Positions 45,486-56,087 of a stretch of DNA of 60,252 bases are shown here, one piece after another (positions within the stretch are counted from its first letter, which is position 1; each line of letters opens with the position of its first letter). This stretch comes from Craspedostauros australis. Taxonomy: Eukaryota. The translations under genes were made by a program, and so were the position numbers. The notes under the pieces are model-generated. The model saw only the letters and a list, made by a program, of their open reading frames with translations. It ran no database searches and was not told where the DNA came from. The stretch lies in assembly GCA_030167865.1 (NCBI GenBank), contig JALAGF010006574.1, forward strand, positions 1-60,252. The letters are read 5' to 3'.

Positions 45486-48479
45486 ATGGCAACGACAACG
45501 ACAGCAAGCATGATCTACACCAAGGCAGCCTTCGTGGCCTTTCTTGTTCTCGCCGACACGGCAACGGTCCATGCCGTGCTCCGCGGCAACAGGACTCCCG
45601 TGGATCCAACCAAGGAACTCCGCACGGCGATGAACAAGATTCGCGCCCTCAAGGTCGGCACTGATGACAACGCGAAGGCGGCGAAACAAAACAAGGCCGA
45701 ACGAGAGCCTCCCACAGACAACCCGGATACTCCCGAGACCTCTGCGCCAACTGCGTTGCCGACTGGATCGCCTACAGGCTTGATTTCGGAGATGCCCTCG
45801 ATGACACCTGTGGCCCAGCCAACCTCTTCACCAACCTCTCAACCGACTCTCCTGCCAACATCAGAGCCAACAACCGCTCCAGCCATCTTCGATTCCACCA
45901 TCGAAGTTTTTTGCAAGCCCGATGGAATCACCGCCCTCTCATCACAAGAGGTAAGCGCCAAGACCATCATCTGCAATGCGAACAAGCCATCCTGCCGCGA
46001 AGCCATCAGCGCCGTCAGGGAATCCGAGCAGCTGCAGAACTTCTTCGGATGCGCTGGAGACCTTGGCGAAGGAGCCGCACGCAAGCTCTTCAATAAGTAC
46101 GCATCTAGCGACATCCTTGCTGGCCAATTGGCCCTGGGTGCTGCCACCAACGCGATCCTCGTCACCGAACGTCCGGATGCCATGAAGACAGCATGCGCGG
46201 CCATCGCTGCAATGCAATCACCTGTCGTCGCAGATCCATGCTGCCAAGGACCCTCGGGATGCACTTCAGTCACCAGTTCCGCCTCCAACTCCCCTCCATT
46301 CATGACCATCGCCATCACTGCATGCACTGGCGACAGCGCCTGCAAGGATATGGGACCCAACCCCCTCATCCTCGATTCCTCCTGCATTGGCGCGAGTGCA
46401 TGCGAGTTGATGAATGAGAACGAGATCAACCCGTCCATCACAGGAGTCACCTTCGTCGGTGAGATGGCATGCACCACCTCTCAATCTTGCGAGGGAGTGG
46501 GACGTCGTTCTCATGGTGATGTGACCATCCAGACCGGTGCATGTGTTGGGTCAGACGCATGCAATGCAGCTGGCCGCCGTGTGGAGCAAGCAGCACCATC
46601 ATATCGCTTCCGCAGCCACATCGACATCGGGGCGAATGCGTGCGTCGGCAGCAATGCCTGCAAGGATACCCATTCCACTGTCAATTATGGTACTGCTGGC
46701 AAGCGTGCAGGCAGCCTAACCATTGGTGCTGGTGGCTGTGCTGCCAATGGGTCATGCGAGAAGATGGGCTTCAGTGACAGGATGAGAACCGACATCGTCG
46801 TTCCTCCTGGTGGATGCGGCAGTTTCGAAGGCTGCAGGGGATGCATGACGAAGACGGAGTGCACCCCTGATGAATTCTATTTCGTCAACGATGTCGATGG
46901 AGCCTGTCCAAAGGGAGGCAGCAGCTCCGGTGGCAATCCCACTGGTGATAAGGTGGATGAGTACTGCATTGGCAAGGACACCTTGCCCACAGAATCTCCG
47001 ACCTTTTCTCCCACCCCTTTCCCAACACCTCTCACGTCCAGTCCAACTGGCGCCCCGACCAATTCGCCGTCTCGGACGCCCTCATATCCTCCGTCAGACG
47101 CTCCATCCCAAATCCCGTCTGAGATGCCGTCAGATATCCCGAGCCCACTCCCGTCGAGCAGTCCATCGCAAGTCCCGTCTGAGGTGCCGTCCGCACAGCC
47201 TTCCGACCTTCCGTCCGAGGACCCGTCGCAAGTCCCATCTGAGGTGCCGTCCGCACAGCCCTCTGATCACCCGTCCGAGGAGCCGTCGCAAGTCCCGTCT
47301 GAGGTGCCATCCGCACAGCCTTCCGATCGTCCGTCCGAGGAGCCGTCGGTACAGCCCTCCGACCTTCCGTCTGAGGAGCCGTCAGTTGGACCAAGCTCAC
47401 AGCCTTCGCAAGATCCCACAACAACAAGTAGTCCAACTCTCCCCCCATCCTTCACCATAGGATGTCTCTCAAAACCAGGTGACGACACATCAATGTTCAA
47501 TCTCATCCTGGGTGACGTATTGTGCGATGATGCTGCAGGCACATGCGCTAACTTTGTCGCTGCGCTCGACGCCCTCGGTGACAAGGGCAAGATGGTCAAG
47601 AGCATCTTTGGATGCAATGATGCAGACACTCCACAGCCCGTGACGTTGGATGTGGCGCAGGAACGCTTTGACAAGATCAAGAACGACGAAAGTGTGACCA
47701 GCGCATTGTTGGCGATCGCGAACGAGAACACGAAGCTCTTCACTGGCAGTGCGTCTGTGGTGACGACTGCCTGCAATGGCTCATGCTGCAGCGGTACCAA
47801 TGCTTGCTTCATTGACTCTGCTGGTGGTGGTGTCATGACGGTGAGTTCAGGGTCATGTATGGGGACTAACGCCTGCCGCCATGCACGTCCCAACTCGATC
47901 ATACTTGACAGTTGCAAGGGAGCATCTTCTTGCTTCCGGATTGGCGATTTCTCCGACGGTCAGCCAGCTGCTGGTGCCGAAGTCGGGTTCAGGGTGATCG
48001 GACCGAGAGCTTGTGAGGTATCAGCGAGTTGCAATGTTATTGGACGTAACATCTTTGGCAACATTCGAATTGAAGAAGGATCATGCAATGGAACAGATGC
48101 ATGCACTGGCATAGCGCAGCGCAGCAACCAAGGATCTGCAACCACGACACCGATCGTGGCAAGTGTCTTCGTCGGAAAGAAGGCGTGCCAGGGGCGTTCC
48201 TCTTGCTACAGATTGCATCGCTATTCATCGACCAAATTTGCAGGAAGCGTGATCATCGAAACCGGTGCCTGCTCGGGCACGAACACGTGCAATCGTCTTG
48301 GCCAGATTGACAGCGCAACCAATGACATCATCATAAAAACAGGAGTCTGCACGCCAACCGCCACCTGCTTGGCATGCGCCCAAGGACCATTGTGTGCGTC
48401 ACCTACAGACACATACGTAATCGACGACGCATCCGCGGATTGCCCTGGGCCAGAGGAAACTGCCTGCAAAGAACTCTAG
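45486..48479 (+). CDS. Large secreted Cys-rich protein with PT/PS-rich stalks (997 aa; may start at 45510)
   Basis: Signal peptide ..AAFVAFLVLADTATVHA|VLRG; two blocks of [SA]CxGxx[AS]C repeats, each preceded by a P/S/T-rich linker; no TM segment. Confidence 0.9.
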   Translation: MATTTTASMIYTKAAFVAFLVLADTATVHAVLRGNRTPVDPTKELRTAMNKIRALKVGTDDNAKAAKQNKAEREPPTDNPDTPETSAPTALPTGSPTGLISEMPSMTPVAQPTSSPTSQPTLLPTSEPTTAPAIFDSTIEVFCKPDGITALSSQEVSAKTIICNANKPSCREAISAVRESEQLQNFFGCAGDLGEGAARKLFNKYASSDILAGQLALGAATNAILVTERPDAMKTACAAIAAMQSPVVADPCCQGPSGCTSVTSSASNSPPFMTIAITACTGDSACKDMGPNPLILDSSCIGASACELMNENEINPSITGVTFVGEMACTTSQSCEGVGRRSHGDVTIQTGACVGSDACNAAGRRVEQAAPSYRFRSHIDIGANACVGSNACKDTHSTVNYGTAGKRAGSLTIGAGGCAANGSCEKMGFSDRMRTDIVVPPGGCGSFEGCRGCMTKTECTPDEFYFVNDVDGACPKGGSSSGGNPTGDKVDEYCIGKDTLPTESPTFSPTPFPTPLTSSPTGAPTNSPSRTPSYPPSDAPSQIPSEMPSDIPSPLPSSSPSQVPSEVPSAQPSDLPSEDPSQVPSEVPSAQPSDHPSEEPSQVPSEVPSAQPSDRPSEEPSVQPSDLPSEEPSVGPSSQPSQDPTTTSSPTLPPSFTIGCLSKPGDDTSMFNLILGDVLCDDAAGTCANFVAALDALGDKGKMVKSIFGCNDADTPQPVTLDVAQERFDKIKNDESVTSALLAIANENTKLFTGSASVVTTACNGSCCSGTNACFIDSAGGGVMTVSSGSCMGTNACRHARPNSIILDSCKGASSCFRIGDFSDGQPAAGAEVGFRVIGPRACEVSASCNVIGRNIFGNIRIEEGSCNGTDACTGIAQRSNQGSATTTPIVASVFVGKKACQGRSSCYRLHRYSSTKFAGSVIIETGACSGTNTCNRLGQIDSATNDIIIKTGVCTPTATCLACAQGPLCASPTDTYVIDDASADCPGPEETACKEL
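47163..47384 (+). repeat. Coding 60-bp tandem repeat (3 units plus partial), PSQVPSEVPSAQPSDxPSEx
   Basis: Units align at 60-bp period in lines 47161, 47221 and 47281. Confidence 0.95.
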
Positions 48480-48859
48480 TCATCGTATACACAGCCACAC
48501 ATTATAGTATGCTCTAGTTCGTACTCTATCTCCATTTTCCTATTTGTGCCGGCAAAGCAGAGCACTCTGTGACGATGATGTAGACTCTAGCTTTGCTTGC
48601 GTCTCCTATGTTGAAAATCCGGGGTTATAACCCCGATCAGCGAAAAGGTTTGACCCCAGTCGGCGCTGCATCTGCGATCCTGCTACAAACTTCATGAGGC
48701 CTTTATACATCCTTCCTGTAGATATTCGTTGAAGCACTGCATTCTTAAACCTTGTCCCTTTATGACCCAGACGATATAATATATCGTTTATCGTTTTCAG
48801 TTTCAGTTATGTTATTTTTTGACGACAACATCTACGTGTACAATACCACTTTCTTTGCG

Positions 48860-49320
48860 TCTTTAGAAAGCTGTTGAGCACAGATTTCCAATGATTCTGT
48901 TTAAGTTTTATGTTTCTTACTGCCATCTTATCGCTAATCGAGCCTGAAGTACTCGTGAATTAACTCTGGACTGCGGGACTGGAGTGAAATTGCTCAGTGA
49001 CACGCGGATTGTGGGCGACATACATTGCTGTCCCCTTCCGGAGGCTGTCATCTCCCAGAACGAACAGAAAGATGAGGAGCACTCACTCAGAGTTGAGCGA
49101 GGAAAGGTTCATGGGCGTGTATGAAGACCACAGACAGATCATGGAAGACGATGGAACGCAACGACGCTGCCGACAGTGCTGCTACTTGAAGGCCACAAAA
49201 TAAAATACAGGCCTAGACAGAAACACTCCAAAGAGGTTCAACCGGATCTGTAGCTTATGAAGATTCCATATCTGCAAAGAACATTGGGTATCTACCATGG
49301 AAGATGATGAAGTATGGTGA
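48860..49320 (+). mobile_element. Degenerate piggyBac-like transposase C-terminal fragment
   Basis: H.....QRRCRQCCYLK..*..RICSL*RFHICKEHW resembles the piggyBac Cys-rich domain, with a TGA at an expected Cys; AT-rich context. Confidence 0.55.
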
Positions 49321-49886
49321 AACATAAATCCAGTGATTTCCAACGATAGCGCTAGTAGTGAAGGTACCTATTTAGTGTTTATGTAGACCGTGGCGGGAGA
49401 ATGTGGCGTTCGCGATGCCGCCTTTTCTTCAGAGTGTCCGTTATTTTGCTTCCGTGGTATCCATGTTTCGATCCGTGTTCGATCAATTGGCGTGAACATG
49501 GCGAAAGGCGTTGGAATGACGTTAATGTTGATTCGTGTAAAGCGAGAAGCTCCTCCGTTGTGGTTGGAGCCACGACTTGCAAACACGATTGTCGCTCTCA
49601 CAACTGCGTGAGATTTGGCGGGACCGTGATGCGTCAACAACTTCGGCGAAAACAAGCACCACAACATGATCCCATCGTTGACCATCGCGGTTTCACGAGA
49701 CCAAGAACACCAAGAGAGGTTGGCTTCGACGTTGCGGCTACATTCATGCGAACATACAAATAGCTACTACGGATAGAGTGCCATCGAAAGAGATTGAGAG
49801 AGAGATTGAGAGAGAGAGAGAGAGAGAGAGAGATACCAATCGAGAGACATAGACAGACTTGACAAATCCACCATCAAGACAATTGA

Positions 49887-52227
49887 ATGGCAGGAGAAAA
49901 GAAGAGAAGAAACAGACTGATCGGCAGACTCAGATGCAAGAGGAAGGGCAATCGATCGACCAGCAATAGCAGTAGCAATAGCAATAGCAAGACAGCGGCG
50001 AAGGCATCGACCAAGACAACAGTCACTCTTCTGCCTCTCATTGTGGAAGCATCGTCGGAAGAGACTCAGGAATCCAGAGGAGCCGAAGATCAGGCCGAAG
50101 TCGAGATCGAACTGCTTTTGCGAGGGCAGCGCATCACGACATTCACTGCAGTCAGTTCAGCTTCCGCAAGAATAGCAACTGCAACAGGTTCCGCAATGGC
50201 TCCGCGTCCACGCGATGATGTCGTGGGCAGCGACGCGCGCATTCCGAATGCCATGCTGACCACGGCCAACGACGGCAACAACAAGACGAACCATGGTGCG
50301 CAGCATGTGCCTCTTCATGATGCACAAGAGCATGACACCATGGAGGTCTCCATCGAGAATTCGTTCTCCGCAACAGGCTTGAATGCGCCCGTCGAAGTCT
50401 TCCTGCACAACTTTCGCAAGAACGGTTCCGACGTCATTCGCAATGCCTATCTGTGAGTTCATTGCGATGCTTCACTTCTTTCTATTGTGTACTGTATTCT
50501 GCACTTTATTCTGTTGTGCCATGGTCTGCGCTCACATCATTGACGGGCCAGATACTGCTGTTGCATGATGTTCTGCCGTCTAATCCCCAGGATATTCACT
50601 CACAGTTAGGTTCCTCTTTTCTATAATACCTTTCATTCAACCCCATTTACCCACATCGATTATATATTCCTCCATATCTATTCTATGATATTCAACTCTA
50701 TACCATTTCAGGATGAAGCAGGATGTGCGCCAGAATTCCATCACGACCGCGCTCACGACGTCACTGCCGGAGGACCTCTTCACCATCGTCGACACCGAGC
50801 TCTCGCTCCTCGATGAATACCTGCAGCGGTCCAACCTCGTGCGCTCGGAGCAGGGCGATGAAGTCTTGATCGACGGCGTGCTGTCCATCTTCCGCAGCCT
50901 CTGGTACACGCAGACGCGCTTCCGCAACACCTTCCTGGTGGGTCTGGAGGAGTGCGTGGCAGCATCCAACGACTTCCTCCGCATGACCCACAAGGTGGAG
51001 CAGGTTCTGCTGCAGTGCCATCACAAGTACCCGCATCTGGCCTGGCTGGACACTCCGCTGCGAACGTCCAACGACAAGCTCATCAAGACCTTCGATCAGG
51101 CATCCATGTCGGTCCTGCGTCGTGAGGCCAACGACCTCATCACCCTCTACGGAGACGACTCCATCCTCGCGGCGCAGAAGGCAAGCACCTACGTCGTCAG
51201 GAAGCTCGAGGAGTCGTCCATCCCGGAGGAGCTCTTCTGCAAGGAGTGGGAGGACACCTGGACGCAGAACCAGGTCGTGGTCAGCATCATCCGCACCTTC
51301 GAGGACTTCCTCACCGACATCCACAACTGGTACGACCAGGAGTATCTCTACCACAAGACCATTGTCGCCCTGGTCCAATCCACGGTCTGCTTCTACATCA
51401 AGTACCTCGTTCAGAAGGCCGACACGATACGTCACAGCCACCGCAGGCGGGCATTCCGCCCTCGCCAACCCAACGGGCCCAGCACCAGCTCCGCCACCTT
51501 CCTCAGCTCCACGCGCGCCATCACGCGCATCATGTACGACATCGAGGTCCTGCGCGACTACTTCGGCAGCATCGCCAAGGAGAGCATCCCGCTGTCCAGG
51601 GCCGTCAGCAGCGAGCTCTCCATCCTGCCCGTCATCCTCGAATGTCTCTGGCTGGCGGTCGGCGGCGTCGACTGCGGCTACCATTCCTCCCTCGAGGAGT
51701 TCATCGTCGTCATCCACAAGCGCACGGGGGGCAACGTCAACATCACCAACAAGTTCCTCTCGGACATCTGGCTGCTGGCCAGCGGCACCACGAGAAGCGC
51801 CGAGGGCGAAAAGATCATCAAGAATGCCATCGACGACATGCACACCGAACTCATGATGGTCACAGAACGCCTCAACTACGAAGAAGCGCGCGTCACATCC
51901 TGGAGCGGCGCGACATCGCGCAACGGCGACATCGACAGCTTCCTTCTGACCCTGCAGGGCTTCCTCAAGCGCCATTACGACGACGACGATCAGTTCTTCC
52001 AGAGGCAGGCCGGATGCGGCAGCATCTGGAACAACGTGCGTCGACCGGCGGCCGCGTGTCTGCCATCGTCATCCAGCTTTGATGATTCCACCATCTCGCA
52101 AGGCAGCCGAACGTGCACATCCAAGAAGACGCCGGGCGTCCTGCATCTATCCAAGAAGGGGACCAAGGATCTGATGCAGCGCGTGCAGGCCTTTCAGAAG
52201 CATCTGTTTTCGGGTGGCAGCGAGTAG
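49887..52227 (+). CDS. Exocyst Sec6/EXOC3 C-terminal-domain-like protein; exons 49887-50452 and 50712-52227
   Basis: Phase-2 intron 50453-50711 (GTGAGT..TTCAG) joins the frames. T.LPEDLF.IV, A.SNDFLR, LF..EW, TFEDFL.D and RI..DI..LRDYF resemble Sec6. Confidence 0.7.
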
Positions 52228-52529
52228 CGGGGGAGAGTAGCAACAGATCTGTACGAATATCAACTATTACATAGACTATTACACATTTTTCAATTGCAAC
52301 GATCATGAAATACATTTTACAAGTCACATGCGAGGATGGTATCCATGAGCTATTGCATACATAGTAGTACGGGTATGGACGATGCAAGGACGACCTGTGC
52401 AACCCACCATCCCCAAAGCCAAGCGCGCAGATTCGCCATAGCACTGCGATCCGACAATGCGTGACGCAGAAGATACCGTATCTTTCTTTCCTTCTGCACC
52501 CACAACGCACAACAAATGACATACCGACC

Positions 52530-53012
52530 ATGTCCACCCAACAGCAGCAACACTTCAATCACGTCATCTTCTTGGACATCGACGGCGTCCTGCTGCCATT
52601 CCAACACCAGCAACGAGACCCCCTCTTCCCCAAACGCACGACCGACGCCTTCTTCAAGCTGCTGCAACACGCGCAAGACGCCCAGCTCGTGCTGTCGTCG
52701 ACATGGCGCACGCGCTTCGTGCAGGACATCGTCGATGCGTTGCACGTCGAGTTCGTCGATATGACGGACCCCAACCTGCATTCGGAACGGCAGTGGGAGA
52801 TCCAGGAATGGTTGCATCGGCATCCCGAGTGCGACGTGTGGTTGGTGCTGGACGATGAGGAGCTGCTGTTGGGTGACAAGAACGCCAAGTACCGAGCCAA
52901 CTTCGAGGGGCACGTCGTCAAGACCGACAGCGAGGTCGGACTGACCATGGAGGATGTGCAATACGGATTGTACTTGTGGTCGAAGCAGCTGAAGAAGTGC
53001 AACACGAGTTAG
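52530..53012 (+). CDS. Stand-alone HAD-superfamily protein (HAD_SAK_2 type)
   Basis: VIFLDIDGVL, LVLSSTWR, R..EI.EWL, WLVLDD and GLT..D motifs. Confidence 0.85.
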   Translation: MSTQQQQHFNHVIFLDIDGVLLPFQHQQRDPLFPKRTTDAFFKLLQHAQDAQLVLSSTWRTRFVQDIVDALHVEFVDMTDPNLHSERQWEIQEWLHRHPECDVWLVLDDEELLLGDKNAKYRANFEGHVVKTDSEVGLTMEDVQYGLYLWSKQLKKCNTS

Positions 53013-53174
53013 AGCAGCAACAGTGAGAGCCAGAGCCAGAGTGCATGCTAGAGTACGATACATGTGTTGCAGCAAGTATTCTACCATATAGTACATATTA
53101 CAATATAATACTAATACACGTACGTACTGATACTCTATTACTACAACAGTACACAACGAGCATCGCCCCACGCG

Positions 53175-56087
53175 TCACGCCGCCAGCTCCTTGATGATCT
53201 TCGCCAAATCTTCAGCCTGCGCCAACGCCAGTTGCTTCAACGTAAACACTTCCTTGCTGGGTTCCACGATGGTGGGATCATTGGTCTTCGTGACGCGCAC
53301 GTGATACGGAATCTCGACGAGCATCTGCGCCAGCTGCCGTTCTTCCGGCACGACGGCATTCTCGTACATGCTCATGAGCTCCAGCTCTCCCACCGTGTGC
53401 TCAGCGGCGCAGTGCGATTTGCCCAGCGTCATGCAGCAGCGCGCGGCCAGTTGCGTGGCATTGCGATCGCGCGCCGTGATCTCGGCATTGGCCCATCCAT
53501 TCTGGGGCGCTTGCAGCTTGTCCTGATGCAGCTTGATATGAAACAGAAAGAAATCCAGGATGCCTTCATTGAGAAAGAAACGCGACAGGCGCCTGTCCTT
53601 GGCGAGGATGGCGATCTCCTCCATGGCCTCGATTTTGTTGTCCAACGACGTGTGGGCGCTGGCCAGGACATCGAGCCACTTTTCGGGTTGCACGCTGGGA
53701 TCTAGACTGTGGATCTGACCGACGGGCGTGATGCGGACATTGCGCAGGCAGGCCACCTTGCGGTTGCGGAATCGCAGATGGAATGGCAGGGATGCGGTGT
53801 CGGCACCTTCCCCGTTGCCGTCGTCGAGCGTCGTGGTGGGATGCGACGGGCCCGGCAGCACCTGCTCCGGCGATGACGGCGAACCGTTGTGATGATGATT
53901 GCCGTTGTGATAATTCTGCTGGTTGCCGTTGACGCTGTTGCCATTCGACGCCGACATCGGGTGCTGCTTCTGCGTATTTTGCTGCTGCTCGGCATGCACG
54001 ATGGATCCTCCGTTGGACGGCGACTCCTTGATGGGAAAGCACGGATCGAAGTGCTCCGCCATGCCCGATTCTTGGTACCGCGCCGAGCAGCTCGTGCCGA
54101 GCCGTTCGCTGGCATCGACGGCCTTGTCATGAATCTCGTTGATCTTCTTCTGCGCCTTCCTCTGCAGCTTCTGACGTTCTTCCTCCGGCATTTGCGTTGC
54201 CACGACACCGGCACCGACCGCCGCCGCGCCGATCACCATACCCACCGGCCCCAGCATGATGATGGTACCGACCGTGGCGACGCTGGCCACGCCCAACCCC
54301 GCCAGCGCCATGGGCGTATCCATCGACTTGTTCAAGTTGCCGTCGTCTTCGGCCGGTGATTGCGACGCGGCGTCGTCCTGCGGCTTGGAATCCGCGATGC
54401 TGCCTTTGGCCGAGGCGACCGTCGCCGATGCGCGGATGACGTTGGCACGTTTGCCATCGTAGCGCGGTGGACGCGATTCGCTCGTGCCGTAGGTCCATTC
54501 GTCATCGTCGCCGCGTTCCAATCTCTCATCGCGGTCGCCGTAATCAAAGGTGCGATCGTCATCATCCTGCCAGGGGCCGTTGCGCCCGCGCACGCTGCCA
54601 CTGCCTTGATAAGGATTCTGGTATTGATAATGTTGCTGATGATGGTTGTGATGGTTGTGATGATGGTTGTGATTGTTGTTGCCGCTGTGGTCCATGTTGT
54701 CGGGATGATGGGCGTACTTGACGGACGATGGGCCCTCCATGGACTGCATGCCGTCGCTGGCTTCGAAGGTGCTGTAGGATCCCGTCCGCATGACGCGACT
54801 TCCCATGGAATTGGAGCTGGACATGTTGGCGTTGTGCTGTTGCTGATAGCCGTTGTAGGCCTTTTCGGACTTCTCTTCGCCGTACCATTCGTGACGTGGG
54901 ACGTTCCTTCGTTTCAGCTGCGGCAGGTTGCCATTGTTGCCATCGGACGCGTACATGTTGTTGCTGCTGTTGTTGTTGTTGTTGCTGTTGTTGGAATGTT
55001 TGAAGCTCGCCCGCGGTTGCAGACCAAAACGCTTGTTGGGACCGCTGCCTTTGGGAAACTGTTCGGCACGTTGCTGATTCGACGATTCGGGACGCTGTTG
55101 ACTGCCGGAACTCTTCTTGCTGCGGTTGCTGTTGTTGCTGTGGTTGCTGGAGCGTGTCATGATCCCTCGCACCGACGTGAGCGTCGCATCATCATCGGAG
55201 ACGGTCGGATCGCGGCCGTGAGTTTCTGCCGTGTAGTTGCTCTCGCTGGCGCTGTGGACCTCCGTGCCTGCCTGGGATTGCGGCGATGCGGTGTGCATGC
55301 TGTTGGCCGTCGTTGCGTGGTGCGCATTCTGGCCGTTCGATGCCGTTGCCGTCGGGCTGTTGTACGATTCCGCCATCTCCCGGTTCGCGGCCGGCACAGG
55401 CGACAGGGTGGCATCGTTGTGATTGTTGTTGGTGCTGCTGTGCTTGCTGCGCCCGCCGAAGGGACGCTTCCATGACTTCCTCGCCGAGATGCGCTCCTGC
55501 CGTGTGGGTACTGACGATTGCCGCGAACCCGCGATCGCAGTTGTGGCGGAGCTTCCCACGGTGGACGCCGCGGCGGACGTGCTGCCAACCGAGACGCGAG
55601 GTGATGCGGACGCCGCGTTCCTGCCGGCATTGCGCACCTGCTTCATGCGCTGTCGCTTGTCCATCGCTCTCGCATTGATGGAGGCTGCCCGCGTTGGCGA
55701 CGATTCGCCCGCAGAGGCGGGAGCAGCGGCAGAAGCAGCAGAACTGTTCCTTTCAAAGCGAGATATCTTGGAAGCAACGGACGACGGAGTCCCAGTCGCA
55801 GACGTCGCAGCATTGCTGGATGGCGACAATCTGTGCGACGACCGACTGCCCCTGCTCTGTCCGCTCGAAAGCAGCTGCGTCGACGACGATGGCTGGGCAT
55901 GCGAGGCCGCAGGAGCCGCGTCTGCTGGACGCTGCACGCGACGCTCCTTCGTCAGCCGCCGGCGCTCCGACAGACTCAGGGGGTGCTTCTGCGTCGAAGC
56001 CTCCTTCTGATCATGCTCCTGCCTCAGACGGCTCTTTCGGCTTTCCGAGGCTGTCGTGGATTGCGATGAGCCGCGGAATCGTCTCAT
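53175..56087 (-). CDS. Large low-complexity protein with a glycine-zipper membrane segment and a folded helical C-terminal domain
   Basis: 970-codon ORF from MRRFRG; hydrophobic LAGLGVASVATVGTIIMLGPVGMVIGAAAVGAGVV; about 190-aa globular C-terminus. Confidence 0.8.
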   Translation of the reverse strand: MRRFRGSSQSTTASESRKSRLRQEHDQKEASTQKHPLSLSERRRLTKERRVQRPADAAPAASHAQPSSSTQLLSSGQSRGSRSSHRLSPSSNAATSATGTPSSVASKISRFERNSSAASAAAPASAGESSPTRAASINARAMDKRQRMKQVRNAGRNAASASPRVSVGSTSAAASTVGSSATTAIAGSRQSSVPTRQERISARKSWKRPFGGRSKHSSTNNNHNDATLSPVPAANREMAESYNSPTATASNGQNAHHATTANSMHTASPQSQAGTEVHSASESNYTAETHGRDPTVSDDDATLTSVRGIMTRSSNHSNNSNRSKKSSGSQQRPESSNQQRAEQFPKGSGPNKRFGLQPRASFKHSNNSNNNNNSSNNMYASDGNNGNLPQLKRRNVPRHEWYGEEKSEKAYNGYQQQHNANMSSSNSMGSRVMRTGSYSTFEASDGMQSMEGPSSVKYAHHPDNMDHSGNNNHNHHHNHHNHHQQHYQYQNPYQGSGSVRGRNGPWQDDDDRTFDYGDRDERLERGDDDEWTYGTSESRPPRYDGKRANVIRASATVASAKGSIADSKPQDDAASQSPAEDDGNLNKSMDTPMALAGLGVASVATVGTIIMLGPVGMVIGAAAVGAGVVATQMPEEERQKLQRKAQKKINEIHDKAVDASERLGTSCSARYQESGMAEHFDPCFPIKESPSNGGSIVHAEQQQNTQKQHPMSASNGNSVNGNQQNYHNGNHHHNGSPSSPEQVLPGPSHPTTTLDDGNGEGADTASLPFHLRFRNRKVACLRNVRITPVGQIHSLDPSVQPEKWLDVLASAHTSLDNKIEAMEEIAILAKDRRLSRFFLNEGILDFFLFHIKLHQDKLQAPQNGWANAEITARDRNATQLAARCCMTLGKSHCAAEHTVGELELMSMYENAVVPEERQLAQMLVEIPYHVRVTKTNDPTIVEPSKEVFTLKQLALAQAEDLAKIIKELAA

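Noticed and set aside
20874..52227. Functional cluster of trafficking genes (STX16, Sec6-like) or of the two PLAC8 genes
   Set aside because: They are far apart with unrelated genes between; no evidence of co-regulation or recent common origin.
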